Notes: generated by a model not told the origin, from the letters alone. Counted from the stretch's first letter, positions 10,995 to 22,248 are shown. The stretch: DNA of 64,000 bases from an uncultured delta proteobacterium (GCA_963850305.1 CAWKKR010000005.1:288001-352000), one strand, 5' to 3'. Numbers and translations are program-made.

Positions 10995-11559
10995 GCGAGC
11001 GCAGCGAGCGCGCCGAAGGCGGCGGGGGAGCGGTCGCGGAGCGAGCCGCGGGGGTCAAGACCCCCTTGCGAACACGAGCCCGCCGAAGGCGGCGGGGGAG
11101 CGGTTGCGAAGCAAGCCGCGGGGGTCAAGACCCCCTTGCGAGCACGAGCCCGCCGAAGGCGGCGGGGGAGCGGTTGCGAAGCAAGCCGCGGGGGTCAAGA
11201 CCCCCGTGAGCGCAGCGAGCCCGCCGAAGGCGGCGGGGGAGCGGTTGCGAAGCAAGCCGCGGGGGTCAAGACCCCCTTGCGAACACGAGCCCGCCGAAGG
11301 CGGCGGGGGAGCGGTCGCGAAGCGAGCCGCGGGGGTCAAGACCCCCTTGCGAACAGCGAGCCCGCCGAAGGCGGCGGGGGAGCGGTTGCGAAGCAAGCCG
11401 CGGGGGTCAAGACCCCCTTGCGAACACGAGCGCGCCGAAGGCGGCGGGGGAGCGGTCGCGAAGCGAGCCGCGGGGGTCAAGACCCCCGTGAGCAAAGCGA
11501 GCGCGCCGAAGGCGGCGGGGGAGCGGTCGCGAAGCGAGCCGCGGGGGTCAAGACCCCCC
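10995..11559. repeat. Tandem array of 8 x 70-71-bp hairpin-rich units
   Basis: CGCCGAAGGC recurs at 11011, 11081, 11151, 11222, 11292, 11363, 11433 and 11504; units contain CGCC-GAA-GGCG, TYGC-GNA-GCRA and GGGGGTC-AA-GACCCCC hairpins. Confidence 0.97.
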
Positions 11560-11563
11560 TTTC

Positions 11564-13554
11564 CTAGTGGAGGACGATCTCCGTGAGTTCCGTGCCGGCG
11601 GCGTAGGCGTAACTGACGTTCCTGTCGAAGCCATCGACGAGCACGCCGACCTTGGCGTTGCTCAAGATCTCGTGCACGCCGTCGAGCTGAATTCCCGGAG
11701 AGATGAGCGCGGTCGCCGTGGTGGATGTGTCGATCACCGGGAAGCCGAGCTGGCACGTGTACACGACGAAGGCGACCTTCTTCACATCGGCGATTGCCGG
11801 GATGCTCGTCTGCTCGCAGCTCGCGATGCCGTCCACGCGATCTCCGTCGAGCAGGACCTCGGCGCCCGGCGGCGAAAGGATACGGACGAAATCGAAATTG
11901 TACTGGTCGGGCGTCAAAAAAACGTAGTTCTGACGAAATTGCTCGACGGGCGGAAGGTCGATGTCGCTCGGGTCTCCGCCCGGGAGAGAAAAGGGCACGC
12001 CCGAGGCGCCCTGGCTCGGTGACACGCTCAGCATGAAGATGGGGTCGCTGCTCTGGACGAGAAAGTCCGTCGTCGACGTGATGCTGGCGAAGTCCCCCAT
12101 GCCGGAGAGCGTGATGCGATCATTCGGCGACGGGAGCGACGTGGTGATGACTGCGCCGGCGTTGGTCGCGGCGGCGATTCGAAAAAACTGCGGCGCGTCG
12201 AAGTGGCCGAGCGATGTCGCGCCGGCACGTCGGACCGCGTCGGTCCGGTTCGGAGAGACCGTCGCGACGAAATTTTTTCCGGCGGTGCGGATTGGATCGA
12301 GTTGTTCCTCGAGGTGGTCGGCGCAACAGCTCCGATCGGCGAGGCGATCCCACGCGGGCGCATCCGCGGCCTCGCTCCCGCTGAAAACCACGACCGGAAG
12401 GTCGGACTCGATGATCGACCCGAGAAGTCGGCATGAAAATCCCCCGTCTCCAGGTTGGCGACGTCAAAGGGGTCGAGCGTGAGATCGATGGTCCCGCCGA
12501 TCGGTGTGTCGGCGATCGAGTTCCCCGCTACGACGTGCGCCTGCGTATGGACACGGACGTGCGTCCCCGGGCGCGTGCCGATGATCGTCAGGAACTCACG
12601 CAGGTTGATCGGGTCGTCGGAGCTGAAGTTCGTCGTCGCGTCGTCGGTGATCGCGATCGTCTGCGGCCAGCCCAGCGCGACGTACGAAGGCGCGAGCGTT
12701 CCCCCATTCGACCCGAGCGCCTCGACGGGCTTGAGGAGCGAGGCGTCGTTCGAGAACACGTTGACGTTGTCGAGCGGGTTGAACTGATAGGCGATGATCG
12801 GCACGGTGCTCGTGACGCGGTATGCCGCGCGCGTGAGGGCAGTGTTGGTCCCATCGTTGAACGTTCCTGGAGGCGAGCCGTCGACCTCGCGGGGGCCGAG
12901 CTTGAGCACGCGCAGGCTCATCGGCGGAACGACGGTCGTGGCGATCTCCGTCGGGTTTCCCGGTGCGCCAGGCGACGTGTCGTCCTGTTCGACGGTGACG
13001 GTCGCGGCGATGTCCGGCTGAGGGTTGCTCACGACGATGGCGTATTGCTGGGCCGCGGCATTCTCGGAAGCGTCGATGTCCGCGTTGTCGAGGTCGGCGC
13101 CCCAGTACTCGCACCCGACGTTGCTCCGCTGCTCGGCGGCTTGAGCGCAGAGAGCGACGCAGCCACCCGCGCGACACACCACCCCCGAGGACGTATCGCA
13201 CGTGGGGCCGGCGACGTACCCACTTCCATCCGTCGAGCACTGTTCGGTACTGGCTCCGTTGCATTGAGCATCCCCCGGGTTGCAGACGGTGCACTCGAGC
13301 AAGGAGGGCGCGCAGACGCGCCCTCGCGCCGCGCAGTCATCCGCGGTTTCCCACGTCGGGCCCCCGAGACCATCCTGGCAAATCTCCAGCACGGTCGTGC
13401 AGCGGCGAGCGCCGAGAGAACAGGTGACCGGGGCGCCGCCGTCTTCCGCGGTGATCCACCGGTCGCCGCGGTCGAAGGAGCACGCGCCGACGGGAATGGC
13501 CGCAGCCGCCATCGCAATGAACCTAGCGATGCGCCTGGAACGTGTCCGTCGCAT
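11564..13554 (-). CDS. IgGFc-binding-domain lipoprotein; apparent frameshift near 12420
   Basis: Lipobox-like VGAC, Cys-rich N-terminus, GCEYW, AYQFNPL..FSNDASLL, C-terminal SYAYAAG; one G missing from a G run would join ORFs 12028-13836 and 11564-12391. Confidence 0.85.
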
Positions 13555-15649
13555 AAGCGTCCCAACCGCGCGCTGCGAGCTCCGAGTAGGCGAGGGTTCC
13601 ATAATCGAAACCGTCGATCTCCGCGAACGTGACGGTGATCGAGACGGGTCCAGTCGGACCCTCGAGCGACGGTACCGCGGAGAGATCCGGCAAGATAACG
13701 GACGTGACGCCCTTCGGCGCGGCCACGGTCCACGTCGACAAACCGCCGCCGCTCTCGATCTGGAAGAGCGAAAGATCGGGTGTGGGTCCCCCGGGGAGAG
13801 AACTCGCGGAGAGTGTCCGGCCGTCCCAAGCGCCATTTTCGGCGGGGACGTCCAGATGCGGCACCTCCACGAAGCCGTCGAGATTCACCACGGTCCCCGC
13901 CGCGCCCGTGCCTGTCAAGCCCAGGACCGACATGGGTACCGAATTGGTCGCGCCCGTCGACGCCGTTGCGGTCGTCACGTATTCGGCCCCCGCGAGTCCG
14001 TTGATCAGCGGAGGCAGGCCCACGACGGAGAGAGGCGACGACACGGGGAGCAGTGCGCTGTTGGTGCCTACGGGCAGTGTGACGTATCCGAGCGTTCCCA
14101 GTCGGACACCGACGGTCGTGCTCACGCGATCGGGACCGCGTGACGTCGGGGTCGGCCCTGAAACGTTCAGTGTGAGGGCGTGATCGAGCGGAATGTTCAT
14201 CGGGATGTAAACGTCCGTGGTCGTCACGCCGGGAACCGCGGCGACCCCGCCGAGCACCCCGAGCGAGTAGGCCGTGAAGAGCGGGGGAGTGACTCCCACG
14301 TTCTCCACGCCGGCCAGGGCGTAGAGCGTCAGATTGCCAACGCTGGTCGTGACGTTGAAGGTGTACCCGACGTGTCCAACGTCGGAGGGCGTGGTCGCGT
14401 GACCGATCGCCGGAAGTCGAAATGGAGTCGTGGCGGCGTCCGCGAGCTGGAACACGTACGCCACGACCTCGAGATTCGGATCGGCGTCCGGGAAACCTTC
14501 CGGCGTAGGAACGTCCCAGGCTCCGCGCCGGAATTCGATCGTGCTCGGCCAGATCAGCTCGCCCTGAATCCGCGCGCCGGTCGTGTTGGACCCTCCGCCT
14601 GGGCCGATGAGAGTGGGGTGCCCATTCGAGCCGCAATCCGGGGAAAGGATTGGATCCAGGTAGGCCGTGACCGTGTCGACGGGGACGTTCACGAACGTCG
14701 TCGGCATGAAGCAGTGCGCGGAGACAGTGACCGTCTCCGTCGTGGCGGTCGAGTTCGCGACGACCACGCCGTTCGAGTCCGCGGTCTTCACGCTGTCCGC
14801 CGTCACATCGCTGCCGATGATGACGGTCGCGCCGGGGATGGCTGTCCCCGTCAAGTTGTTCAAGGCGATGACGCGGAGTTGCCCGGGTAGATTCTGCCCG
14901 CTCAGGCCGCCATGAAACCCGTTGTTGCTGTCGCCGTAGGTGAACGCATCGAGAACCTCGGAGGAGCCGCCCTCCGTGACGACGCGCACGCCCTTCGCTC
15001 CGGGTGCGTCCGCGGGCGTCGTGCAATCGAGTTGCTGGGGTTGGTTTGCCGGATTTCGCACGGCCGTGACCGGGCAGGGGATCCCGTCGACCAGCACGCG
15101 CGTCGTCGCGTCCCAAGAGGTGTCATTGCCGAAGAGGGTGATCACCGTCCCTCCAGCGTCGGGACCGCTCGACGGCGTGACGTAAAACGAATCGTAGAAG
15201 TACCCGTCCGCGAGCGTCGTTCGGGTCGACGCGTCGTCGCCGTTCTGTGCGGAGACGTCGCTGCTGCCGCTCGCGCCAGCAGGTACGGTCACCTGGACGC
15301 GGGTGGGATCGATCGGTACGACCGCGGCGTGCGCCACCTCGTTCGGACCGAACCAGACCCGCACAGCGCTCGTAAACCCGGTGCCGTGTACGATGGCCTG
15401 CTGTCCGCCGTCGAACGGCCCGTGCGACGGATTGACGCTCGAAACCGAGTGCGGTGGGGGCGTGAGGAGGCTCGAGTCCAGCGCGGACGGATCGAAGCTC
15501 CCGTCGATGATGACGATGGGCGCGACGCCCGCGTCCGTTGCTCGCGGTCGATGGACCGTGGGCAAAAAGCCCTGAGCGACGGCAAGGCACGCGACCGCAC
15601 ACCAGGGCGCGAGTGCGACGAGCGCGAGTGACCATCGGCGGCGGCGCAC
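13523..15649 (-). CDS. IPT/TIG domain surface protein
   Basis: Two TIG repeats (VNPSHGPFDGGQ..VHGTGF; VTPSSGPDAGGTVITLFG), then a GATV prealbumin-like domain; GTG start inferred. Confidence 0.85.
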   Translation of the reverse strand: MRRRRWSLALVALAPWCAVACLAVAQGFLPTVHRPRATDAGVAPIVIIDGSFDPSALDSSLLTPPPHSVSSVNPSHGPFDGGQQAIVHGTGFTSAVRVWFGPNEVAHAAVVPIDPTRVQVTVPAGASGSSDVSAQNGDDASTRTTLADGYFYDSFYVTPSSGPDAGGTVITLFGNDTSWDATTRVLVDGIPCPVTAVRNPANQPQQLDCTTPADAPGAKGVRVVTEGGSSEVLDAFTYGDSNNGFHGGLSGQNLPGQLRVIALNNLTGTAIPGATVIIGSDVTADSVKTADSNGVVVANSTATTETVTVSAHCFMPTTFVNVPVDTVTAYLDPILSPDCGSNGHPTLIGPGGGSNTTGARIQGELIWPSTIEFRRGAWDVPTPEGFPDADPNLEVVAYVFQLADAATTPFRLPAIGHATTPSDVGHVGYTFNVTTSVGNLTLYALAGVENVGVTPPLFTAYSLGVLGGVAAVPGVTTTDVYIPMNIPLDHALTLNVSGPTPTSRGPDRVSTTVGVRLGTLGYVTLPVGTNSALLPVSSPLSVVGLPPLINGLAGAEYVTTATASTGATNSVPMSVLGLTGTGAAGTVVNLDGFVEVPHLDVPAENGAWDGRTLSASSLPGGPTPDLSLFQIESGGGLSTWTVAAPKGVTSVILPDLSAVPSLEGPTGPVSITVTFAEIDGFDYGTLAYSELAARGWDAYATDTFQAHR

Positions 15650-15702
15650 GGGGGTAGTATATGCCGGCGCCGCGGGGAGGGCACTTCCTGGCGCCGTGTC
15701 CG

Positions 15703-18154
15703 TCACGCTTGCGCGAGCCGAAGCCCGGGCCGCTCGGGGTTTGGCGGAGCCCCGTTTGCCACGAGTCCCGACAGTAAGGCCAGCGTGTGCGATTTTCGGC
15801 CCTCGCTCTCCCCGGGGCCGATGCAAGCTGGACAGCCCGCCGAGCAAGCACATCCGGCGACGAGCAAGCGCGCGTCCTCCATGAGCGCCGCGGCTCGCAC
15901 GTAGATGCGTTCGGCGAGGCCCACTCCACCCGGGACGGCATCGAAGAGAAAGATCGTCGGGTCGAAGCGACCGGTGCGCCCCATGTGCGGGTTGCGCCCT
16001 GCCGGCACGGACTCACCGCCGTCAGCAGCGTCCTGCGCGCCGTCCCCGAGAGTCCGACCGATGTCCGCGGGTTCGCACATGAGCGCCAGCGTGGCGACGG
16101 TCTCGAGAGCGACTCCGGCTCCCCGGAGTGCGGCCACGGCTTCGGCCCTCGATCCGCGGAAATCCGAAAGCGCCGTCTCCGGGATGGTCAACCAGAAGCT
16201 CGTCGTGTGCATCTGGATCTCGGGCAAATGCACGTCGCCGTAGCCGGCGTTCTCGTGCGTAAAGAACTTCACCTTCTTGTAACCGGTGACCTTCTCCACG
16301 ACCTTGACTTCGCCCCATCCAATCGACGCGTGTCGGAGCAATGAGGTTTCCGCTTCTTCGAGCACCTCTACCGTTCGGTAGGTGAGCGCCGTGGTGAAGT
16401 AGTCCGGCTCGACCTTGCGGACGAACGCCTTGTGGTCGTCGTAGTCGAGTTTTTCGACCTGATATTGCTCGGCGTCGTGCTGGTAGATCGCCTGCTCGTG
16501 GAGCATGGTGTGTGCAGCGCGCCAATCGAGTTCCGCGAGAGATTTTCGGGTCTCCAGATCCACGATCACGAAATTATCCCACCCCACATTTCGGAGCGAG
16601 ACGTTGGTCGCCGGATAGGGATCGCTCACGTAGTGATAGCGATTGCCGGACGCGTGAACGAGGCCCTGGGCGACCAGGTATTCGAGCGCGTCTCGCGTGG
16701 CCGCCGCGCCGAGCGTCGCGTAAGTCTCCCCTGACGCGGCAACCGACCGGGCCTTAGGCCCGTCCCCCGCGCACCTCGCGAATGGAGCTTCGAATGCGGC
16801 GCACTTCAGATGCTGCACGAGAATTTCGACATTGGAGGGATCGATGCGCGCCTCCTCTGCGCCGGCGCGCAGCAGGTATCCCGGCTCGCGTGCCAGGAAT
16901 TGATCGAGCGACCCGCTCGAACACACCATGAGCGCGATGCTCCGACCCCCGCGCCGCCCCGCGCGGCCGAAGCGTTGCCATGTGGCCGCGACAGACCCGG
17001 GATAGCCGACGCACACGACCGCGTCCAAATCTCCGATATCGATGCCGAGTTCCAGCGCATTCGTGGCGACCACGCAGCCGATCGCCCCTTCGCGTAGCCC
17101 CTGTTCCACGCGCCTTCGCGTATCCGGCAGATAGCCCCCGCGATACGCCATGATCGCGTCAGGGGGCACGATCCCCCTGCACTCTTCTCGAAGGTATTTC
17201 AACATGACCTCCACACTGCTCCGAGATTGCCCGAAGACGAGGGTCGACACGCGAGCGCGGATCGAGATCCGACGTAAGCCGGACGGCGTGCTTCAGCGCA
17301 CTCCCTCGCACGCCGAGTTCCGCGTTCACGACGGGGGGGTTGTAGAGCAGAAACTGCCGGCTCGCGCTCGGCGCGCCCGAACGATCGACCAGTGTGACGT
17401 CCCTCTCCGGCACACCGATCAGACGCGCGGCGTGCTCGCGCGGGTTACCGATGGTCGCCGTCGCGCACACGAACGTCGGATGCGAGCCGTGAAAGCTCGC
17501 GATTCTGCGAAGTCGCGCGACCACGTGCGCCATGTGCGAGCCGAACACGCCCCGGTACGTATGGAGCTCGTCGAGCACGACATAGCGAAGGCCCTGGAAC
17601 AGCGACGCCCAGCGAGCATGATTCGGTAGGATCCCGGAGTGGAGCATGTCCGGATTCGTGAGCACGATGCGGCAGCGCTCGCGCGCGTTGCGCCGAGCAT
17701 CCCCTGGCGTGTCCCCGTCGTAGACCATTGCTGGAACGCCGAGCCCCGCATCGGTGACGAGGCCCCGAATCGCCTGCTCCTGGTCCCGGCTGAGCGCCTT
17801 CGTCGGATAGAGGTACAGGGCCGTCGCCGTCCTGTCTCGCTCGAGCGCCTCGAGCACCGGGAGATGAAAACAGAGGCTCTTGCCACTGGCAGTCGGGGTT
17901 GCAACGACGACGGATCTGCCCCCCCGAGCAGCGTCGATGGCTTCCGCTTGGTGCGTATATAGGGACCCGATGCCGCGGCGACCGAGCGCGCCACGGATGG
18001 AGGCCGAAAGGCCCTCGGGAAGGGGGGCGTGCCGTGCAGCCGATTCGCCGATGAGTTGCTCCGCGGCAATGCACGGTCGGACGATTCCAGACGCGAGCCA
18101 GCCAGAAACGACGGCATCGACGCCCGTTGGTCTGACCCAGGGAGCTTCGGACAC
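15703..18154 (-). CDS. DEAD/DEAH helicase with C-terminal DUF1998 Zn domain (MrfA/YprA-like); apparent frameshift near 17264
   Basis: LYTHQ, PTASGKS, DELH, TAT, TNALELGIDIG, QRFGRAGR, CACSAGCPAC; one extra base splits the ORF. Confidence 0.9.
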
Positions 18155-18165
18155 GGCTCGAAACA

Positions 18166-18181
18166 CTAAACAAATGTGCGG
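18166..18181 (-). promoter_or_regulatory. Possible LexA operator upstream of the helicase
   Basis: Minus strand CCGCACATTTGTTTAG matches 14/16 of the Myxococcus LexA consensus as recalled (CTRHAMRYBYGTTCAG). Confidence 0.4.
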
Positions 18182-18234
18182 CTGTTGTAAACCTCGACCA
18201 GGCCCGCGATCGCGGGTATCAAACCGCGTTGCCC

Positions 18235-18893
18235 ATGACCGAGTCAGAACCCGCGCTCGCGCCTGCCGCTCCCGACGCCGATCTTCCGCGCCGCCCGAGC
18301 CCGAGCTGCCGTCGGCCACCTCTTCCGACGGGAGTCCCTCGTACGTTTTTTTCGGGAGTCTCGCATCCCTGTCGCTGCTCGCGGACGTGGCGTCGAAGGC
18401 GTGGGCCGAGATCACGCTGAGCGCACGCACGGAAGATCCGGCAATAGTGCTGGTCAGAAACCATCTGGACCTGAATCTTGCGTACAACCGCGGCGGGGCC
18501 TGGGGTCTCCTGCAGAATGCGAGCGAGTTCGTCCGCCGTCCATTCTTCTTGTGTGTGAGCGTGGCTGCGGTCGTCTTCATCGTGTCGCTTTACAGCCGCC
18601 TCGCTCCGGGTCAACGCGCTCTGAAGTGGGGTCTCCCGCTCGTTCTGGGTGGCGCGCTGGGGAATCTCACGGATCGCGTCGTTCGGACGAGCGTCGTGGA
18701 CTTCATCGATTTTCGCGCCAATTGGATCACGAAGATGAACGAAGGCATCGCCGCGCTCGTTCCGACGTGGAACATCACCGATCACTGGCCGACCTTCAAC
18801 GTGGCAGACATGTGCATCTGCGCGGGGGTCGCGCTGATGGCGATCGACATGATCGGCTCCAAGCACCCCTCTGCCGCGCGGGACTCGAGCTGA
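18235..18893 (+). CDS. lspA: Signal peptidase II; probable frameshift near 18281 in the N-terminal extension
   Basis: NRGGAWG, GGALGNLTDR, VVDFID, WPTFNVAD; ATG at 18235 is out of frame with the conserved body. Confidence 0.93.
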
Positions 18894-18897
18894 ATCC

Positions 18898-19852
18898 GTG
18901 CACGCGCAGCTCTTCTCGCTCTTCGCTCAAGGATTTCCGAGTTACTTCGTCCTGCTGCTCGCTGGATTTACCTTTGCGACCGTGGCGGGCACGCTATGGG
19001 CGAGGCGGATCGGACAGGACCCCGACGTCGTGGTCGACCTCGGTCTCGCGATGCTCATCGCTGGCGTTGCGGGTGCGCGCATCCTGCACGTGCTGGTCGA
19101 CGGGTTCTTCTGGGACTACGTCCATCTGTGCACGAACCCCTCGCTCGTCGAATCTACACCTCTCGCACGCCGAGTGCGCGAACGCCGATTACAACGGCAT
19201 CTGGGACGTCACGCGAAGCATCTGTGTCGCGCGAGATGCGGATTGCTTTGCATGGGCAAAGTTCTGGAACGGCGGGCTCACGTATTACGGCGGCTTCATC
19301 GGCGCCTCCGCTGCGGCCTGGTACCTCCTGCGCCACGATCGATTTCCCTTTTGGAAGGGCGCCGACATGGCCGGCTTGACCATTCCGATCGGTCTCGGGT
19401 TCGGGAGGATGGGCTGTTTGCTGGCAGGGTGCTGCTTCGGGACCCCGACCACCACGAGGCTCGGCTTGGTGTTCCCGCCGGACAGCCCGGCGAGCGAATG
19501 GGAGGCCCAGCATGGTCTCATGACATCCAAGTTCCTGCCCTCGCTTCCGGTGCACCCGACTCAGATCTACGAGTCGGCGGCTTGCCTGGCGATTGCAGCG
19601 TTCTGCCTTCTCTACGTCCACGGCAGGAAGCGGTACGACGGCCAGGTCTTTCTATCTTTCATAGCCCTGTATGCCTTTGCCCGGTTTCTGATTGAGTTTG
19701 TGCGGAGCGACGACAGAGGCGGGCTCATGGGACTCAGCACGTCTCAGATCATCGGGCTCGGCCTGATCCTGCTCGTCCTGGTTCTCCACCGACGGTTTGG
19801 CACCCGTCCCCCGACACTCCCGAGCCTCCGATCTTTAGCCCCCCACGCCTGA
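18898..19852 (+). CDS. lgt: Prolipoprotein diacylglyceryl transferase; apparent frameshift near 19151
   Basis: GARILHV, GGLTYYGG, GRMGCLLAGCCFG, HPTQIYES, RFLIEFVR; removing one A joins the two frames. Confidence 0.93.
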
Positions 19853-19871
19853 CGGCGCTACGGTTCGGCAA

Positions 19872-20669
19872 ATGCGATTGTCGGTCATCCTTGGTCTCTC
19901 CGGCCTCATGGGATGTTCGAGCGGAACCAAGGCTCCGCCGCTCGCCAGCGAAGATTGCGATCAACCGCCGTGTCAGACGGGTATCCACACTGGTGGCGGA
20001 GGAGGGTCAACGATCTTCGACGGTGGAGAAGGGACGCTCGGCGGGAGCGTCGGAGTGTTCACTGACACCGGGTTCGTGGACGTCGCCCCGTACGCTGGGT
20101 CCGGCACGATCGGTGTCTTTGGGCCGGTGGGGCCGCCCAACCAGGCGTCGGCAGCCTTTTCCGGATCGACCTACGTGATCCCCGACGCGCCGCTCTCAAG
20201 CGTCTTATGGGCGGATCTGTTGCCTGACACGACCGCCGAAGTTCTGCCCACGCTCGTTGCCATTTCCGGAGCCGCTGCCGGAGGCACGGTTGCCTTCGCG
20301 TCCGTGAGCGCCATGAATCAGATCTTCGCCGAGCTTTCCCGCGCCCCTCAGACCCTGAACGCCGCTCGCGGTCAGCTCATCGTGGAGTTCGTCGCAGCGT
20401 CGGGCGGTCCGCTATCGGATGTGGTCATCACCCAGACCCCGCAGGGCTCCGACGTCGCGTACGACAGCGGGGCCGCGTACGCGGATCACCTTGGAGGGAC
20501 GACGGGCACCCGCGGCGTTGCGCTGATCCTGAACGCAACCGCCGCCCCCTTTCCGGGCGGTCTGGCGGTCATCGCCTTCACGTCGGGATCGCCGCCGGTC
20601 ACCGGTACCTTCGACGCTTACCTTGCACAAGGTGCCGTCACGGTCGTCTCGGTGACACCTTCTCCTTGA
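19872..20669 (+). CDS. Hypothetical lipoprotein
   Basis: MRLSVILGLSGLMGC signal and lipobox; beta-rich body. Confidence 0.7.
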   Translation: MRLSVILGLSGLMGCSSGTKAPPLASEDCDQPPCQTGIHTGGGGGSTIFDGGEGTLGGSVGVFTDTGFVDVAPYAGSGTIGVFGPVGPPNQASAAFSGSTYVIPDAPLSSVLWADLLPDTTAEVLPTLVAISGAAAGGTVAFASVSAMNQIFAELSRAPQTLNAARGQLIVEFVAASGGPLSDVVITQTPQGSDVAYDSGAAYADHLGGTTGTRGVALILNATAAPFPGGLAVIAFTSGSPPVTGTFDAYLAQGAVTVVSVTPSP

Positions 20670-20745
20670 ACCGCATTTTTAGCCGCGGAATCACCTCGCC
20701 GCCGAACCGCTGTCGTTCTTGGTCGCGCTCTGGTAACCGAGTCAC

Positions 20746-21600
20746 GTGGCCGCGACTGTCCTGAACGGGAAGGCGATCGCCGAAAGAGTCCGGGCCGAGG
20801 CTGCGGCCGGAGCCGAGCGATTCCGAGCACGCCACGGCAGACCGCCGGGGCTCCACGTCGTTCTCGCCGGAGAAAACCAGGCCTCCATGGTCTACGTCCG
20901 GAACAAGGAGAAGGCCGCGAAGGAAGCCGGTTTTGCGGGCATGGTTCATCGGTTGCCGGAATCGGTGACGCCGGACGCGCTCTCCGTGCTCGTTGCCGAG
21001 CTCAATCGACGCGAAGACGTCGACGGCATTCTCGTTCAATTGCCGCTGCCGTCCGGGGTCCCCTCGGCGCCGATTCTCGAGGCCGTCGACCCGGCGAAAG
21101 ACGTCGACGGATTTCACGCAGTCAACGTCGGCGCTTTGTGGTCCGGTGGACGCGCACTCGTTCCGTGCACGGCGAGGGGCTGTCTTCGCTTGCTAGAAGA
21201 GGCGGGTGTCTCTCTCGAGGGGAAGCGCGCCGTGGTCGTGGGGCGCAGCAACATCGTCGGAAAACCCGTGGCGGCGCTTCTGTTGGCTGCGAACGCGACC
21301 GTCACGATCGCCCATTCGCGCACGCTGGACCTCGCTGCCGTCTGTCGCGAAGCCGACGTACTCGTTGCCGCGGTAGGTCGTGCCAAGATGATTCGCGCGG
21401 AATTCGTGAAGCCCGGCGCGGCGGTCATCGACGTCGGGATGAACCGCGATGAAAATGGTAAGCTGTGCGGCGACGTCGACTTTGCCGCGGTGGAGCCGGT
21501 TGCCGGCGTTCTCACGCCAGTTCCTGGCGGGGTGGGGCTGATGACGATTGCGATGCTGCTCGACAACACCCTGCGAGCCGCCGAGGCCCGCAAAGCGTAG
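20746..21600 (+). CDS. folD: Methylenetetrahydrofolate dehydrogenase/cyclohydrolase
   Basis: YVRNK, GILVQLPLP, KDVDG, GRSNIVGKP, TPVPGGVG. Confidence 0.97.
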   Translation: MAATVLNGKAIAERVRAEAAAGAERFRARHGRPPGLHVVLAGENQASMVYVRNKEKAAKEAGFAGMVHRLPESVTPDALSVLVAELNRREDVDGILVQLPLPSGVPSAPILEAVDPAKDVDGFHAVNVGALWSGGRALVPCTARGCLRLLEEAGVSLEGKRAVVVGRSNIVGKPVAALLLAANATVTIAHSRTLDLAAVCREADVLVAAVGRAKMIRAEFVKPGAAVIDVGMNRDENGKLCGDVDFAAVEPVAGVLTPVPGGVGLMTIAMLLDNTLRAAEARKA

Positions 21601-21606
21601 GCTCGA

Positions 21607-22248
21607 TCACTCGTGGGGAACGGGGTACCCGAGCGGGTCGATCCCGAAACCTCGACAGATCGCGTCGAGCACCTCGTCCGCGCGCGTCACCGTCGCCGCG
21701 AGCGCTCCCCCGTTTTCGATGACGTAGTCGGCGCGACGAATCTTCTCCTCGAGCGGCATCTGGGCGCGCACGCGGGCGCGGATCTCATCGCGCGAAGCGC
21801 CGTCTCGGTCGGCAGCGCGCGCAACTCGAATCTCGGTCGGAGCCGCGACGACCACCACCGGCTTCAATGCGCCCTCGATGTGCGCCTCGAACAGCAACGG
21901 CACTTCGTAGCCGGCGAGGGGCGTTCCGAGCCGATCGAGCTCGGAGGAACGCTCGCTGAGGAGCGCTGCGACGAGAGGATGCGTGATCGCATTCAACGCG
22001 CGGCGCGCCTCATCGTCGTGGAAGACCAGACGAGCCACCCGCTTCCGATCGAGCTCACCGCGTGCATCGAGGACATCCGGCCCGAGCCGTTCGACGATGG
22101 CAGCGAGGCCCGTGGTTCCCTTTCGCACGACTTCGCGAGCCAGCTCGTCGGCGTCGATCACCGGTAATCCCCGCGCGCGGAACCTCCGCGCCACCGTGCT
22201 CTTTCCCGAACCGATGCCGCCCGTCAGACCGAAGAGACGAAGGGCCAC
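21607..22248 (-). CDS. coaE: Dephospho-CoA kinase
   Basis: GLTGGIGSGKST, IDAD, LNAITHP, EVPLLFE; GTG start inferred. Confidence 0.95.
   Translation of the reverse strand: MALRLFGLTGGIGSGKSTVARRFRARGLPVIDADELAREVVRKGTTGLAAIVERLGPDVLDARGELDRKRVARLVFHDDEARRALNAITHPLVAALLSERSSELDRLGTPLAGYEVPLLFEAHIEGALKPVVVVAAPTEIRVARAADRDGASRDEIRARVRAQMPLEEKIRRADYVIENGGALAATVTRADEVLDAICRGFGIDPLGYPVPHE

Noticed and set aside
10995..11559. CRISPR or TIGR-like guide array next to an IS110 protein
   Set aside because: No unique spacers (linkers are near-identical variants), no cas genes, no C/D-box-like motifs, and the protein is a full-length IS110 recombinase
11055..11756. Repetitive ORFs across the array
   Set aside because: Units of 70-71 bp are not multiples of 3; open frames reflect the lack of stops in GC-rich repeats
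15703..18154. DISARM/Druantia defence island based on the DUF1998 helicase
   Set aside because: No methylase, PLD, SNF2 or other defence genes nearby; a YprB-like partner fits repair better
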